DNA of 61,650 nucleotides, counting the filler, from Squatina squatina (Eukaryota): assembly GCA_031763465.1 (NCBI GenBank). It is 4 parts of 4 records of this genome, joined end to end, with 100 filler letters (N's around TTAATTAATTAA, not from the genome) between each part and the next. Parts side by side here need not be neighbours in the genome. Positions count along the whole stretch, not along the records: positions 34,401 to 48,369 come from JARFOE010000234.1; positions 48,470 to 61,650 come from JARFOE010000004.1; 2 more parts are not named here. One strand, 5' to 3'. Position 1 is the stretch's first letter, and each line of letters opens with the position of its first letter. The notes beneath the pieces were generated by a model, which saw only the letters and a program-made list of their open reading frames with translations, had not been told where the DNA came from and searched no databases. Shown here piece after piece: positions 38,552 through 51,820 of the stretch. The translations under genes were made by a program, and so were the position numbers.

Positions 38552-39016
38552 ATCCTTAATAAAATTAATTAAATATATGAAAACTTTATTACACGCATTA
38601 TTGTTTAGTCAAAATACAAACATGGTTCAAGTGGAGTCTTGGACCAAGAGGGAGTTTCTTTACAATAGTGCATTCCAATTATAATTGGAATTATTACATT
38701 CCAATGATTTCCTGGTTGGCCTCTCATTCTCTACCTTCCATATATATCCAATATCCTGGAACTGTTGGAACTTAGCTCAACTCCAGAAACAGTATCTCAG
38801 CTTTCCCCTGGGCACTATGAACATTGAGTTTAGCAACCACAGACCTTGGCTTTACCCTCCACTTTCTTTGTTTTGTGATGTGGAGTAGGCTTGTGCATGG
38901 GGAACCAAGTTGACATTTGACATGGAGACCCTTCGTGAGAAAACAGTGCTGACGATATGGTGTCGGCCTCTTTGGTTCCTCTTCTGGGGATCAGCAGACC
39001 ACTGTGTTTTTTCTGG

Positions 39017-39469
39017 CATTGTTCTGTTCTGTTGCATAGATGACCCACAAACCATTTTCATCCACTGCAAGGTCAATATCCGACTTCCCTCCCCACCGGT
39101 ACGGTGACGTGTCATGGTAATTGGCATTGGCTATGATGGCCTCACCGCTCTTGATCCTAGTCCTGAGATCAAACTTCACAATATTTCGTGTACGCTCTTT
39201 ATTGAAGAACAACGCTCCGTCATAGACTACAAACCCTGTTCCATCCACTCTATGAGGAAGCTTGTAGGTGATGGTTGGTCGTCCTGCAATAAAATCCCCC
39301 ATTGAAGAGTATTCAGTTAATGTATCCGTTCTGTATGGGGTCCAAGGCATATAGTAGACCTTGTCCGAAGCTTGAAGTGGGTCTTTGCACCAGGCTCCTG
39401 ACTGGTGATCAGACTCAAATAAGTGATCCATTTGATAAACAGCTTTAAGTGTTCCAGGGCACAAGAAAA
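39017..39469 (-). CDS. ADGRL3: Latrophilin-3 olfactomedin-domain exon, 5' portion only
   Basis: Phase-1 acceptor ttccacag; [58 protein letters not shown] and [14 protein letters not shown] fit LPHN3 among latrophilins as I recall them. Similarity ends abruptly at 39017. Confidence 0.9.
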
Positions 39470-40508
39470 CTGTGGAAACAGAAGATAAAATAGACACTTT
39501 AAAATCCCCAGTTTGGTTTTCAATTTTTCCTGATGATCCTTCAATTAATTTAAATTTAAAGATGTTCTTCACTCTAAGTTATAAAACTGCATATATAGTA
39601 TATATGTATCTACACACACACACAACATACANNNNNNNNNNNNNNNNNNNNNNNNNNNNNNNNNNNNNNNNNNNNNNNNNNNNNNNNNNNNNNNNNNNNN
39701 NNNNNNNNNNNNNNNNNNNNNNNNNNNNNNNTGCGGAAAGTCCTACTATGCTATATTGCTCTTGAAGGAAAATATTAACTCAGGCCATTACTTTCATTGT
39801 TGAGAACCCTCGATGGAGGGTCGAGCCCGGATTACAGCATTGAAAGAATAGGGCAAAAACAAAATAAGTGAAGAGTTAGTGGTTAGACGAAAGAGCCCAA
39901 GGTTGTGCATCGATTGTATGGATGCCAATCGGTTTGTAATGGGATAATGCCATCGCAATATATAGCTACATATACATTAAAGATTTTAAATTCCTAAAAT
40001 ACCAATGAGAATTTCCAGAACACTGAATAAATTGTTTTTGATATCTAGAAACTGAATTTTGTTTGAAATAAAATGGGAGCAGTGGTTTGGGGTTTTCACT
40101 GCTACTAACTGTCAGTTCATTATAAATATCTATTGATTTGCTGTGAAATAAAAAAAACATAATTTAATAACAAAAAATAGCAGCTTTCACAAAATGAATG
40201 CTAAGAATAAAAACAAAATGAAGGAGGCATGATATGGGAAGGTTATTTTTGGGTGGCAAGAAATGCAGGGGACCATTTAAGTCTTCTATGATCTGATCTC
40301 TTCTAAAATGAAGCAGAGAATGTGTATGTTGTGAAACAAAATATGCATGTCCTGTTAGCAAGCAGCAAAATGGAGTTCGGTGCACCTAATCTTTGTTAAA
40401 CAAACAACTACACAACAAAACAAGAGCAAAGTATTTGCATACAAAATGTTAATAAGTTAAGTGCGTAACACCGATTGTAAATGTGTAATTTCTAAGGTAT
40501 TTTATTAC

Positions 40509-40523
40509 CTTTCTGTTCCACTT
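40509..40523 (-). CDS. ADGRL3: Latrophilin splice-site-A micro-exon (KVEQK)
   Basis: Long polypyrimidine tract, then taagtag|AAGTGGAACAGAAAG|gtaata; 15 nt, phase 1-1, upstream of the olfactomedin exon on the same strand. Confidence 0.9.
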
Positions 40524-42669
40524 CTACTTAGGCATTGGGAGAGGGAAGAAAGAAATGAAGGAGAAAAGAGAACAGATTAATGGTCTTCACCAGCATTGCA
40601 TTACTGTAAAAACACATTAAAGGCGAGAGGAAGCAGGAGGTTTGGGGAAACTAATCATCATGACTAGAACAGTTAGATATAATTATTTTGTAAAACCTGG
40701 TGAGAAACAACAAAACAATACTCAAAGCCAGACAGTTTTGTTTTAAAAAGGTTGACAGGACAGGTTGACGACACCAGTTAGATAATCAGCATAGTATTGA
40801 TACAATGCCAGGCAATGTCGCACATTCCGACACCATTTTAACTCAACTGACATTGCTGATCCAGTGAAGTGCAAGTCTCGAGTCATCTCTGTTTGGCTAG
40901 TTTATAGTTGCTGCACATCAGTTTTCACCACTTTAGCCCAGGTAAATGAACAACTATCTGCCAAACCTGAACAGGAGAAGTCCAGCACTGACTTAAGTCC
41001 ACAGAAGATCTTAGACCTGAAAGCAACGCCCAAATGGTTTGTCTGTTGTGGATCTCTGCCAATTAGCAGTCAGTTAAAATTCCAAAGAGTGCAGACTAAC
41101 CCTGTAGATTACTGAAACAGCTGGCTAAATGATCAGCGGCCATTTGACCCGAGAAGTCCGGGTTGCAGACCACTTAATCAAAGCTTTAAAATGGATGGGG
41201 TTATGTCACATTTCTGACACAAATCCATTTGTTTGTTTTATTTTTAACGTGGGTCGACAGCGGAATGGGGGTTGCAGAGATTGCTGCAGAAATACAAGGC
41301 GTTCAATCGACCATTGTGTGTACAACTTACCACACATGAATGAAAGAGCTTCAGGGTTGGACTGATAAGGCAGTCATTAAAAATACGGTTTATTGGGCGG
41401 AAAAGGCTCTGACAGGATGAGGTTCCTTTTCAGCACACACAGCTATAATCCTCTATTTCAGCAGAGTAAGGATTAACCTCAGCACTGCAGTTCTGAGCTA
41501 TGGTTTTTAAACTGTATCCAAGCAATCACTGTGCTTCAGAGAATGAGTGTGCTCCTAGACCATCTTGTAATACAACAGCTTTGTATAAAGCAGTTTTAAA
41601 ATTTCTGTTACCAAATGAATTTGCAGTGTCGGGTGTGCAGGTAAAGAAGCAAATNNNNNNNNNNNNNNNNNNNNNNNNNNNNNNNNNNNNNNNNNNNNNN
41701 NNNNNNNNNNNNNNNNNNNNNNNNNNNNNNNNNNNNNNNNNNNNNNNNNNNNNNATTCATCGCCTGGGAAGTGCTTTTGGACATCCTTTATAAGTGCAAG
41801 TCTTTCCTTCCCCCTTCTTACTAACTGTATGTAATGGAATTAAAGGCATACTCTCTCTTCCCTCCACTCCCCCATTGGAACACCAAGGATCAAAAATATA
41901 CACGTCCATTATGGGCCACTCACCCTCCCAAGTACACTAACAAGGATAAACAAAGAGTGACCAAGCTGAATTGTTTACAGTTGCACCTTATTACCACTTT
42001 CTTTAAAGGATTTAAGGTTTACCTAGAACAACCCAAGTAGTCCGAATTCAAATTCATCGTTGTTAATTAGAGATCTTGCAGAAAGTTTAAAAGGTGCTGG
42101 TAATAATTAGGTCAACAATTCAGATCAAACAAATTCTCTACGTTCTTGTGCAAAAAAATTATATATTCAGACAGTCATTGTAATAAAACATCTAATCTCA
42201 AAGTTTACTCCAGAAACTCTTAATCTTCCCATCACAAAAGAAAGTGGTTAACGTCTAATCATGCACAACAATGATTAACTCTCAAATGGCAATTATAATA
42301 AATAATGCAGAGTGATAATACCTCAAATAGATGCTTTGCTCCATTATATCTAATTATCTTGTTTGGTGTATAATCTTAAAACAGTACAATCAAGTGTTTC
42401 CTGTATTATTAGCCAATCTCATTACCACATATGCATCTGTGCACAATCCAAAAACTGCAGGCTGCCATTACTACAAAAAGAAAAAAAAATCAACAAAAAC
42501 AGCAATATGGAAAAGGGGAAAAAATTCTCATTCTTTACTTACGGGATCTTTCATAGCAGAGCGTTTTACAGAAAATGTTTCAAGGTATTACAAAAAAAAA
42601 TGTTTGTATTGACACATATAAAGAAGAGCAGATATATGTACCATATGATAGGGCAACAAGCCAAGGACA

Positions 42670-42805
42670 CCAGGAAGGTCCTGGTCTCAATCCTCCCGGG
42701 CCTTGTGTTGAGTTATGGATCTCAAGCAGGATGACAATGGGGCTATGTCCTCATGTTGGAGACAAATAAAGAATCCAGCCCAGGGTTCTTGCTCTCTGGT
42801 GACTT
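42670..42805 (+). mobile_element. SINE-like fragment
   Basis: Similar to 20700-20800 in the opposite orientation. Confidence 0.4.
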
Positions 42806-42818
42806 CAGTTACGAAGAA

Positions 42819-43122
42819 ATTAAAGGTAGTATTAACTCAAAGGAAGAGGCTTACAAAGTTGCCAGAAAAAGCGGTAAGCCTAAGGATTGGGAGCATTTCA
42901 CAATTCAGCAAAGAAGGACCAAGAAATTGATAAAGAAAGGGAAAATAGAATATGAGAGTAAACTGGCGAGAAACATAAAAACGCTTCTATAGGTACGTAA
43001 AAAGGAAAAGACTAGCAAAGGCAAATTTGGATCCCTTACAGAGATGGGAGAATTAATAATGGGGAATAAGGAAATGGCAGAGAAATTAAACAAATACTTT
43101 GTGTCTGTCTTCACGGAAGAAG
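42819..43122 (+). mobile_element. CR1 LINE ORF2 (endonuclease-RT linker) fragment
   Basis: KEEAYKVARKSGKPKDWEHF..KIEYESKLARNIK..MGNKEMAEKLNKYFVSVFTEE. Confidence 0.88.
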
Positions 43123-44146
43123 NNNNNNNNNNNNNNNNNNNNNNNNNNNNNNNNNNNNNNNNNNNNNNNNNNNNNNNNNNNNNNNNNNNNNNNNNNNNNN
43201 NNNNNNNNNNNNNNNNNNNNNNATAAAGAGTGGCGAGGGCAAGGGTGAGGGGATCTCATCAGTTTGAACTAAACTCAAACCCAGTTTTCAGAAAAAGTGC
43301 TCCAATCCACTGAACAACCACTTCTCATTTTCCATTCCTGATGCCACACAGTGATTTACATAGACGCTTTATGATTTAGGGAAATGAGTATTGTAAAACC
43401 CATTAAGAATATTTAGTACTCAAAGAATGAAAGCATTCTAATTGTGAATTAAGAAGATCAGCTACAACAGAAAATATATATGAAGAGAAGCAAGTTTAAA
43501 ACTGATGTGATTTTGACAATGTGTTACCACTTCACTGATTTAGTGGGTGGGAAGTTTGCCAGACTTTGACAGATTACAGTTGAGACTTTCTTATATTGCT
43601 ACACCACTGGATCGCACATATGGTCTTCACTCACATAAGCATAGTGTAATGACTGCAGGATGTTTATGATGGCAGCTTATGTAAAATCTGATGGTTCAGT
43701 TACTCTGGGAAAAAAGAAAATGACAAGTTTACTGAAAATTTCAATACTTGTGGTATTCCTGGTCGACTCATTTAATTTGGTGAAGTGGCAAGATGTCATG
43801 TTAGCCCTCATTTCTGTACAATCATCAGATTTCAAGCCCCCATATTTCATGAAGGCAACGAGCTTAGAATGTAACAGAGATATTGGATCAAATAATTTCT
43901 TCAGCCTTTAAATTTTTTAACAAAGCTCAGCTGCAATGATCAACAGGCTGCAATGATCAACAGTCTGCAATACCTGCAATATCCCAGTTCCGATCTCTAA
44001 ATCCAAACTCAAAAGGAAGAGTCTTATTCTTTGAGAGNNNNNNNNNNNNNNNNNNNNNNNNNNNNNNNNNNNNNNNNNNNNNNNNNNNNNNNNNNNNNNN
44101 NNNNNNNNNNNNNNNNNNNNNNNNNNNNNNNNNNNNNGCCCAGTAA

Positions 44147-44566
44147 AGAAAGAAAACTCGCATTTATATGGCACCTTGCATGACTTCAGGATGTCCCAAC
44201 AGCCAATGAAGTACTTTTGAAGTATAGTCACTTGTATTGTAGGGAAATGCTCATTTTCACACAGCAAGGTCCCATAAACAGTAATTAAGTATGTAATAGG
44301 ATAATCTGTTTTAGTGGTGCTGGCTAAGGGATTAATATTGGCCATACACAGAAAACTTCCCTGCTTTTCTTCGAACACTACCGTGGGATCATTTACAGGG
44401 CAAATGGGCCTCTGTTTAACATTTCATCTGGAAGGTAGCACCTTCCACATTGCAATACTTCCTCAAAAATGCACTGGAGTGTCATCTTAAATTATGTACT
44501 CAACTCTCTGGAATGGGGCTTGAACCCTCAACCTTGTGACTCAAAGACAGGAGTGCTACCACACTG
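44147..44566 (-). mobile_element. Near full-length tRNA-derived Deu-domain SINE (SacSINE/AmnSINE-like)
   Basis: Minus-strand head cagtgtggtagcactc..gggttcaagccccattcca (A/B-box-like), Deu-like core, and L2-like tail (..gccatataaatgcgag..). Confidence 0.75.
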
Positions 44567-47500
44567 CTACCAGCAGAAACCATATTAAGCCTCGGCAACC
44601 TCTGATCATCAGCAATCTTATGTTTTATTCTATGGTTCGAGCATTATCATTTTTATTTCAATGCTCATTTTCCAGCGTGGCGTTACTCTCCCTGGTNNNN
44701 NNNNNNCAAAATAAATCTATCCACAAAAGAGGTCATTCTTACTTTGATTGAGAAGACATTTCTGACTGGTCTCACTGAACGTGTACTAAGGAGTTTGTCT
44801 GTATTTAATTACTTCAGCTTCAATTCATTTGGCTACATATGCACAGAGGCTTTCTCCAAGCTATTGCTGTGCATTTGTACAAGCAGCTGACCTTTGGCTT
44901 TTTCTCCCACTGACAGAACACCCAGTGGATAAATGGAACTTATTTAGGTCATGCTGGAGAGGTTTGATGTTTACCTAGAGCTATGGTTTGTCAGATATAA
45001 TGAGGATTTTCATTTTCACCCATAAATTAATACCGATTCATTAGCAACTGCCTAAGGGAAGATTTTTTTTTTTGACCCTGTAATTTTACTGGAAGATTAA
45101 TCTGATCCGATCTGATCCAAACTCGTCATCTGATTTATCTGGATGATAATTAATCCCGGGTCAAAAAGTATCTTTTTGTTGAGATTTATGTTACGAGACA
45201 TTCACCGTCGGCAAGTGTCCTCTTTCATCTTGCAGAAGTAAATTAGAGCTATAACCTTTGGCCAGGATTCTGCTGAGCTCAGCTTGTACTGAATTTGTTG
45301 CCAAAACTTCATGAAGCTGAAGAAGCTTTGGTAACAGAACTATCTCTCCCATCAAACAAACAATTCCAAATGTCCCCAAAGTTTAACTTGAAATTTCACC
45401 CAATTAAAACTGTGAAGCTGTTAAAAAAAAACAAGTTGTTAAATCACTTCCACATGCCATTCTCAGCTGCTAGATATTGTGCTCTGTTTTGATAAGGTAG
45501 CATGCTGAAGAGCAAGTTGTAAAAAGAGAAGCATCACAGTAACCATTTAATAAGATTATTGTGTTTACCACAAGCAGATTCATCGGATTGGACACCCAGC
45601 ATCTTACACTGTTGTGGAATGGCAGAGAAAGAAAGAGAACAAAGGGAGCAACAATATTCAAAACAAGGTGGCTGGGTGATGTAATGTGTTGGCGCTTCTG
45701 CACACACTGCTGTAGAGAAGTAGGAAACAGGTTTTCTAATGGTATAGCTTGGCTGTACCAATGAGAAGAGATGATGTATAGAGAATAGCTGCTTCTCCAC
45801 AGAAAGGGAGAGCAAAACAGAAAAACACACAGATTGCCCAAGTTACAGTTAACGTTTCTCTTCTACTCCTAGAGTTCGAACTGTCAGCATTGGGAAAGAC
45901 TGAAATGCAAGCAAATCACTTCAGTGNNNNNNNNNNNNNNNNNNNNNNNNNNNNNNNNNNNNNNNNNNNNNNNNNNNNNNNNNNNNNNNNNNNNNNNNNN
46001 NNNNNNNNNNNNNNNNNNNNNNNNNNTAATTCTGTTCCTTCACACGAACATCAAATCTGCTCCCCGATGTAAAAAACACCCACGGTTTATTTTTTTAAAA
46101 ATCTGGAATTAAAGACTAGCTAGCTTTTTAACAGATTGAATTTCAAATCTGGAGGCCTAATGGTTGAGCCTCCCAGACACCACAGTGCTTAGTGTATTTT
46201 ATTGGCAACAAAGCAGTCTACCAAACACATCCCAAACAAAAATGACTGCTATCAAAATAAGAATTTTTAGCTGCGATCCAAAAATACAACTTACATCTAT
46301 AACAATCAAATACTGGACCACAGTAAACAGATTTACCTTGTAAAATAGCTACATATTTCAAGAACCTAATTCTTTCTCAATACAAACAAAGCCCGCTTCC
46401 AATGCTTTAGTAACTCTTTTTGTGAGGTGCACCAAGCATATCATTACTGTGCATGAATCTCCTGAAAATTTGATGGTAATCTTTTTCAGGCTTGGCTTCA
46501 GGCTAAACCACACAACTTGCAATGAACTCTCAAATCACAATGCAGCCATCACCGCCCAAACTAAATGACATCATCCTCCAGAAGGACACCCTCTAAGTGG
46601 CTCTACAGAGAGCACGAAAATACGTCCTGAAAATATGAGCCATTATTTTACTTTTACTGTGCTAAAGAAATGGAACAATAGACTTTCCATTCAACGCAAA
46701 CTCAATGTAAAGGCAATAAAAATGTTAAAACCCAATATTNNNNNNNNNNNNNNNNNNNNNNNNNNNNNNNNNNNNNNNNNNNNNNNNNNNNNNNNNNNNN
46801 NNNNNNNNNNNNNNNNNNNNNNNNNNNNNNNNNNNNNNNTATCTGGCCCGTGAGTGCTTAATAAGGATACTGAATGACAAAGGTGAAATCACACATCAAA
46901 ACGAGTTCCATTCTTTTGCAGAAGTACACAATTCATCCCAGCCCAATTTCATTTCGGTATCATTATAAACACTGGGAAATGAGCGGCAATCAGATATTTT
47001 GAATGCTTTTCCCTTTAATTTCAAATGCAGTGAGTCAGGTGCATTCAATCATCCTGAAATGTTTTTGGAGATAAATCAAACCCAGTGGCAGAATAACAGT
47101 GCTCCATTACCCCAGGCAGCAGATGTGGACAACGAAATCATCGGAATGGTGACAGTGAAGCAACTGCAGAAATTGGACCATTTGCTTGAAGCTCATTTAG
47201 TCAGCGTGTAATCTCAGCCCAGAGGCTTACATGGATTAAATTGTTTCCTACTGTGCTTTGGGTGCACAGAAGTTCCAGTCTGGGTCCGAGGTGATGGAGT
47301 CAGCATCTCAAACCATATGGAATTATTTTTGTGTGTCGGCCTCATATCCTCCATGCTGCAATCGTATTAGTGGGTACATACCAGTCACACATCTGCTGTT
47401 TTCCATTAGTTGGCTGATGCACAAAGCATTGGAATTGGCTCCAATCACAACATCCTGGATTTTATCATTTAACCTACTACTGATGTCAGGACTGAGGACA

Positions 47501-48369
47501 TAAGTAAAATACAATTTCTAGACTGAAATCAGGAAGCACTTCTTCATACAACAAGTGATCATTACATATAATGGTCTCTGGGTATGGCAGTGGAAGCAAA
47601 AAAACTCTTCAATCATTCAATATGCAATTAATTACATGCTGTGACAGGGCCACAGGTTTCCAAAAAAAGATGAGTTGGATGGGCCAAATGGCTCCCTCTC
47701 TCTGGCCCTGAATGAGCTGTCCACAGCAAAGGCCTCAGCTTCGTCCATTTNNNNNNNNNNNNNNNNNNNNNNNNNNNNNNNNNNNNNNNNNNNNNNNNNN
47801 NNNNNNNNNNNNNNNNNNNNNNNNNNNNNNNNNNNNNNNNNNNNNNNNNNATACATTTATTACAATGAAACCCGCTTCAAAGAGAAAAGGTATGGAGCCA
47901 GTTCTGTGTAAACACATCAAAAGGACAAGAAAAAGTGAAAAGGAAAAGGGAGTGAAAGGAGGACAGCTAATCACATGGCCTTATTAATATCAATTAACAA
48001 ATTCCACTCTTGCTAACATTTGCTCAGCAGGAGGGGTTTGACAAGCCACTCTGCTGTAAAGAGCACAGAGCCAGCCTAATTCCACATTGTCACTATAGCT
48101 ACTAGGCTCATCAAAACTTAAATCTTCCTCATTAAGCCATGGCCCCAGCTAACAGACTTCCCTCAAGTATGAACTGAATGCTGTTTACAACAGTCAAGTG
48201 GCTCCCTGTTCAAGCCAGCCCTTGTTCTGAAAATTAAATGTTACCTCTTGTCGCTGAATTTACAGCGACTAATCGCCTAAATGGATATGTAGAGGGTTAT
48301 CAACTGGAAAATAGGTGAAGTGACAAGGGAGTGAGCACAAATAATAGATGTGCAGTGAAGTCATGCACT

Positions 48370-48469
48370 NNNNNNNNNNNNNNNNNNNNNNNNNNNNNNN
48401 NNNNNNNNNNNNNTTAATTAATTAANNNNNNNNNNNNNNNNNNNNNNNNNNNNNNNNNNNNNNNNNNNN
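48370..48469. other. Artificial scaffold-concatenation linker
   Basis: 44N-TTAATTAATTAA(48414-48425)-44N. Confidence 0.97.
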
Positions 48470-48689
48470 ATTTAATGTGGATGGTGGTACAGCACTGATG
48501 GTAGTGAAGAGGGAAAGTTGGCTAAATTTTCCTCGAAGGCTCTTCCAATCTCCCCCCGTAGTGTCAACAAAAACTCCAGTAAAACACGGTAGACACCCAT
48601 TTCTCCACAGTTTCCGCTGATCTACCACTTGAGTTACAGCAGGAGGTCAAGAGATATTCCACAGAAATTACTGGCACAGATTTTAAGGA

Positions 48690-49290
48690 CAAAGGAGCAG
48701 GAGTAGTCCATTCAATGAGAGAATGGATGATCTGTATCTCAACTCCATTTACCCACCTTTGATCCATATCCCGTGATACCTTTATCTATGAGGTGACCAG
48801 ACATCCCAGTTTTGCCAGAACAGTCTCGGTTTTTCAGGAAACATCCCAGTGTCCCTACAATTGTTTGAAAATTGCACAAATGTCCCGTTTTTTTGTGCTC
48901 ACTCGACTGCGCATGTGCGGTCTTGGCGGAGCCCTGTCTGCACATGCACAGACTGATTGTCCCGTTTTGACAATCTTAAGATCTGGTCACCTGACTTACC
49001 TGACAAAATTTTATTGATCTCAGTCTTGAAAATGTCAATTGAAGAGTTTCAGATTTGCACAAACCCTTGTGTGAAAAAATGCTTCCTTATTTTGCTCCTA
49101 AATGGCCAAGCTCTAAGCTTAAAATTATGCCCCCTTGTTCTGGATTCCCCTATCAGAGGAAATGGTTTCTCAGTATTTACCCTATCTCTTTATCATTTTA
49201 AACACTTCGATTAGGTCACTCCATCACTGTCTAAACTGAAGGGAATACAAATCAAGTTCATGCAACCTGTCTTTATAATTTAACCCTTTC
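48690..49290 (-). mobile_element. CR1 LINE 3' end, interrupted by a MITE
   Basis: Colinear with 9930-10440; minus strand GLNYKDRLHELDLYSLQFR. Confidence 0.75.
48789..48994 (+). mobile_element. hAT (Blackjack-like) MITE, complete, ~206 bp
   Basis: TIRs AGGTGACCAGA and TCTGGTCACCT; degenerate 8-bp TSD tttatcta / cttacctg, with the empty site cttaccta in the CR1 copy near 10032. Confidence 0.8.
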
Positions 49291-51628
49291 CAGGAATAGC
49301 AGAGCAGGAAGTAGCCAGTATGCAATATAAATGAGATAAGGAAATGAAAAATGTTATATGGTCTTAAAACTGGCAAAGTGTCTGGTTTGGACAATATGAA
49401 GCAATGAGTCTTAAAGGACATTAAGAGATCAGAAAGTGGTTGACATAGCTTCAGATTTTTATAGCTAGAGTTTTGAGTGACATGGAATAGTCAGAGGCGC
49501 CTGCTGTATAGGAATTTACTGATCAGCTGCACCACTGAATGAGCTAATTTGCTTTTGAAACACATTGAATGCTTCCAGTGTACTGAACATGTTACATTGA
49601 ACAAATGACAATGAATCCGCAGACTAATTCTGTTAGATCCATTGCACTAAGTAACATGAATTTTCCCTGAACACAATTCAACCAAGGAACAAATTCTTGT
49701 TACTGAATGCACTGAACCATGTATCAGATTGCATTTTTCAGGCAGTACAATTAGTTGGGCTGGTTTGATGCAGTCTAGTAACTTTTAAAGGACCGTGAAG
49801 CTTAAATAAATGCACGATAGCACATGTGCCAAACAAAACGAGCATACTGCCTAGTGGAACAAAATAACTGCAGAGGTTAATATACACACACAAGCAGGTT
49901 CACAGACTGATTGAATGAACATAAAGCCTACTAATCAATAAATCAAAGGAAAAATACTGAGCAACACAGGCACGAAGTAAATTGCCCTCTATTTGCATTT
50001 TTGACTTATCTAAAGCTGATCTTGTTCCACTGAACTTAAACCTGGATTTGAAACTCAGCAATCAGTCTATGGTACAGGTAAAATCCTGAGTCAGCATCGT
50101 TTCTTACAATGAGCAAGATTATGTATTTCTTGACAGGTTGTGGAAAGTACTAATGTAAAATAATACACGAATCAACCCGGGAGAAGCACACTTGAGAACT
50201 GGCTTGGTTAAAACTGCCAAGTTCTTTTGGGAGACCGAGATCTGATGTTTTCACCAGGTACCAAACTCACAGCAACACCTCAAATGTAAAACTTTTGATT
50301 TTTTGCTTAACGGAAGATTTTTGTGATCTTGTTTTGACAACATAAATTCAAATAGCCTTGAAATTACATGTGCCAATATTTGTAAAGAACTGCTTAATAC
50401 ATTTCATATCAAATTTCTTTATCTGCTATTTTGATGGCGACATGAACCCGGTTAAAATAAACAGGTTAATGTCTCCACTAAAATTCTGGACAAAGGAACT
50501 TCATACAAACCTGTTAAGTATTCATAAGTTACCATTCATACAGCAGAATTTAACGGACAAAATGCTTTTGCTTTGCTTTTAAGTGGAGCCTTCAATTGCA
50601 CATTCTCTGAATTTACAACACTTTTCTGGAGGAAAGGCTAATCTTTACAAAAGAGCCAGATGTGCTTTAGTTTGACTGTGTTTATTTCCTGGCAAAGGCA
50701 ATGGTAATACATCTGTTAAATAACAGGACAATAAATCCGCAAACACCGAGCAATCCACAATAAGGAACGCAAAAACATGTAGTGAATGAGTGAAATAAAA
50801 GAAATAGAACAACCGCAGTCATTATACATTTTTGTAAAAATTTTCAGCTGCTCCCAACTACGTTTACCTCTCCCAACTTGGAGACATTGTCCTAGCCTTT
50901 CTGAATGGGGTGAGGGTGATGGGGGGGGAGGGTGTGGTGAGCATTTCTGATGGGGCAAGATTCCTCCCATCCGAAAGGAGTCTCCCTGAGCCCTGCCATA
51001 TTTCTGGTCCAGGAGTTATTTGTATGTGGCAGATGGATTCCGTAGCTGCTGAACTGGGGCCGCCAAGTTATTGAGGCGGGCCTTTGTGGGGGCTGGAAGA
51101 GGAAACGTTTGAGCTGCCTAAAAGTTAATCATTCTTTGGGCTGCCTTTTGTGTTGCTGCTCCCGGGGCCTGTGCATGCTAACACTCTGAATGTGACTGCG
51201 CAGGCCCTCTCCAGAAAAGTAGTCTGCGTCTCCCTCCACTTATATTTGAACGTTAGATACCAGGGCCTAACAGGCAGCTCCTGCTTCCAACATGCAAACT
51301 GGGCAAATGCAGGAAATGTGGCAGAGGCCCGTTTTCCCTCATCTTCATCAAATGTTCATATGCCCAGCACTTTATGTATTCAGGGAAACTGGGAGGCAAG
51401 NNNNNNNNNNNNNNNNNNNNNNNNNNNNNNNNNNNNNNNNNNNNNNNNNNNNNNNNNNNNNNNNNNNNNNNNNNNNNNNNNNNNNNNNNNNNNNNNNNNN
51501 TTCTCATGTTCATTAAATGTAAAACTAAAACCTAGTTCATACATTTCACTATGATGATTTCTATACAGCACAACACCAAGGAACAGAGTGCGTAAGAGAG
51601 CTGTTTCATTGAGTAAACAGTATCTTAC

Positions 51629-51820
51629 CTTTTTTCTCTTGCGAGCTTTGGCTTTAGTATTGCTGGAATCTTGCCCCATGCCTCCATTCCCCATATTTCC
51701 TGAATGTGTTTTAGACACCAGATGTGCTGCTGATGCCGGGGTTGTCGGCGTTGATGGGGGTGTATTCTCAGGAGAGTCAGGATTGCTCTTCAAACTGACA
51801 GATTGAACTTGAAGTTGCAT
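51629..51820 (-). CDS. SUPT3H: SPT3 homolog, C-terminal Pro/Ser-rich exon
   Basis: Acceptor ccttttag, donor gtaaga, 192 nt, phase 0-0; ..PDSPENTPPSTP..GNGGMGQDSS..KARKRKK. Same strand and order as the other SUPT3H exons. Confidence 0.75.

Noticed and set aside
47323-47514. ORF with DVVIGAN..QLMENSRC resembling the latrophilin lectin domain
   Set aside because: Spacing and most residues disagree, whereas the true ADGRL3 exons here are nearly identical to the known protein.
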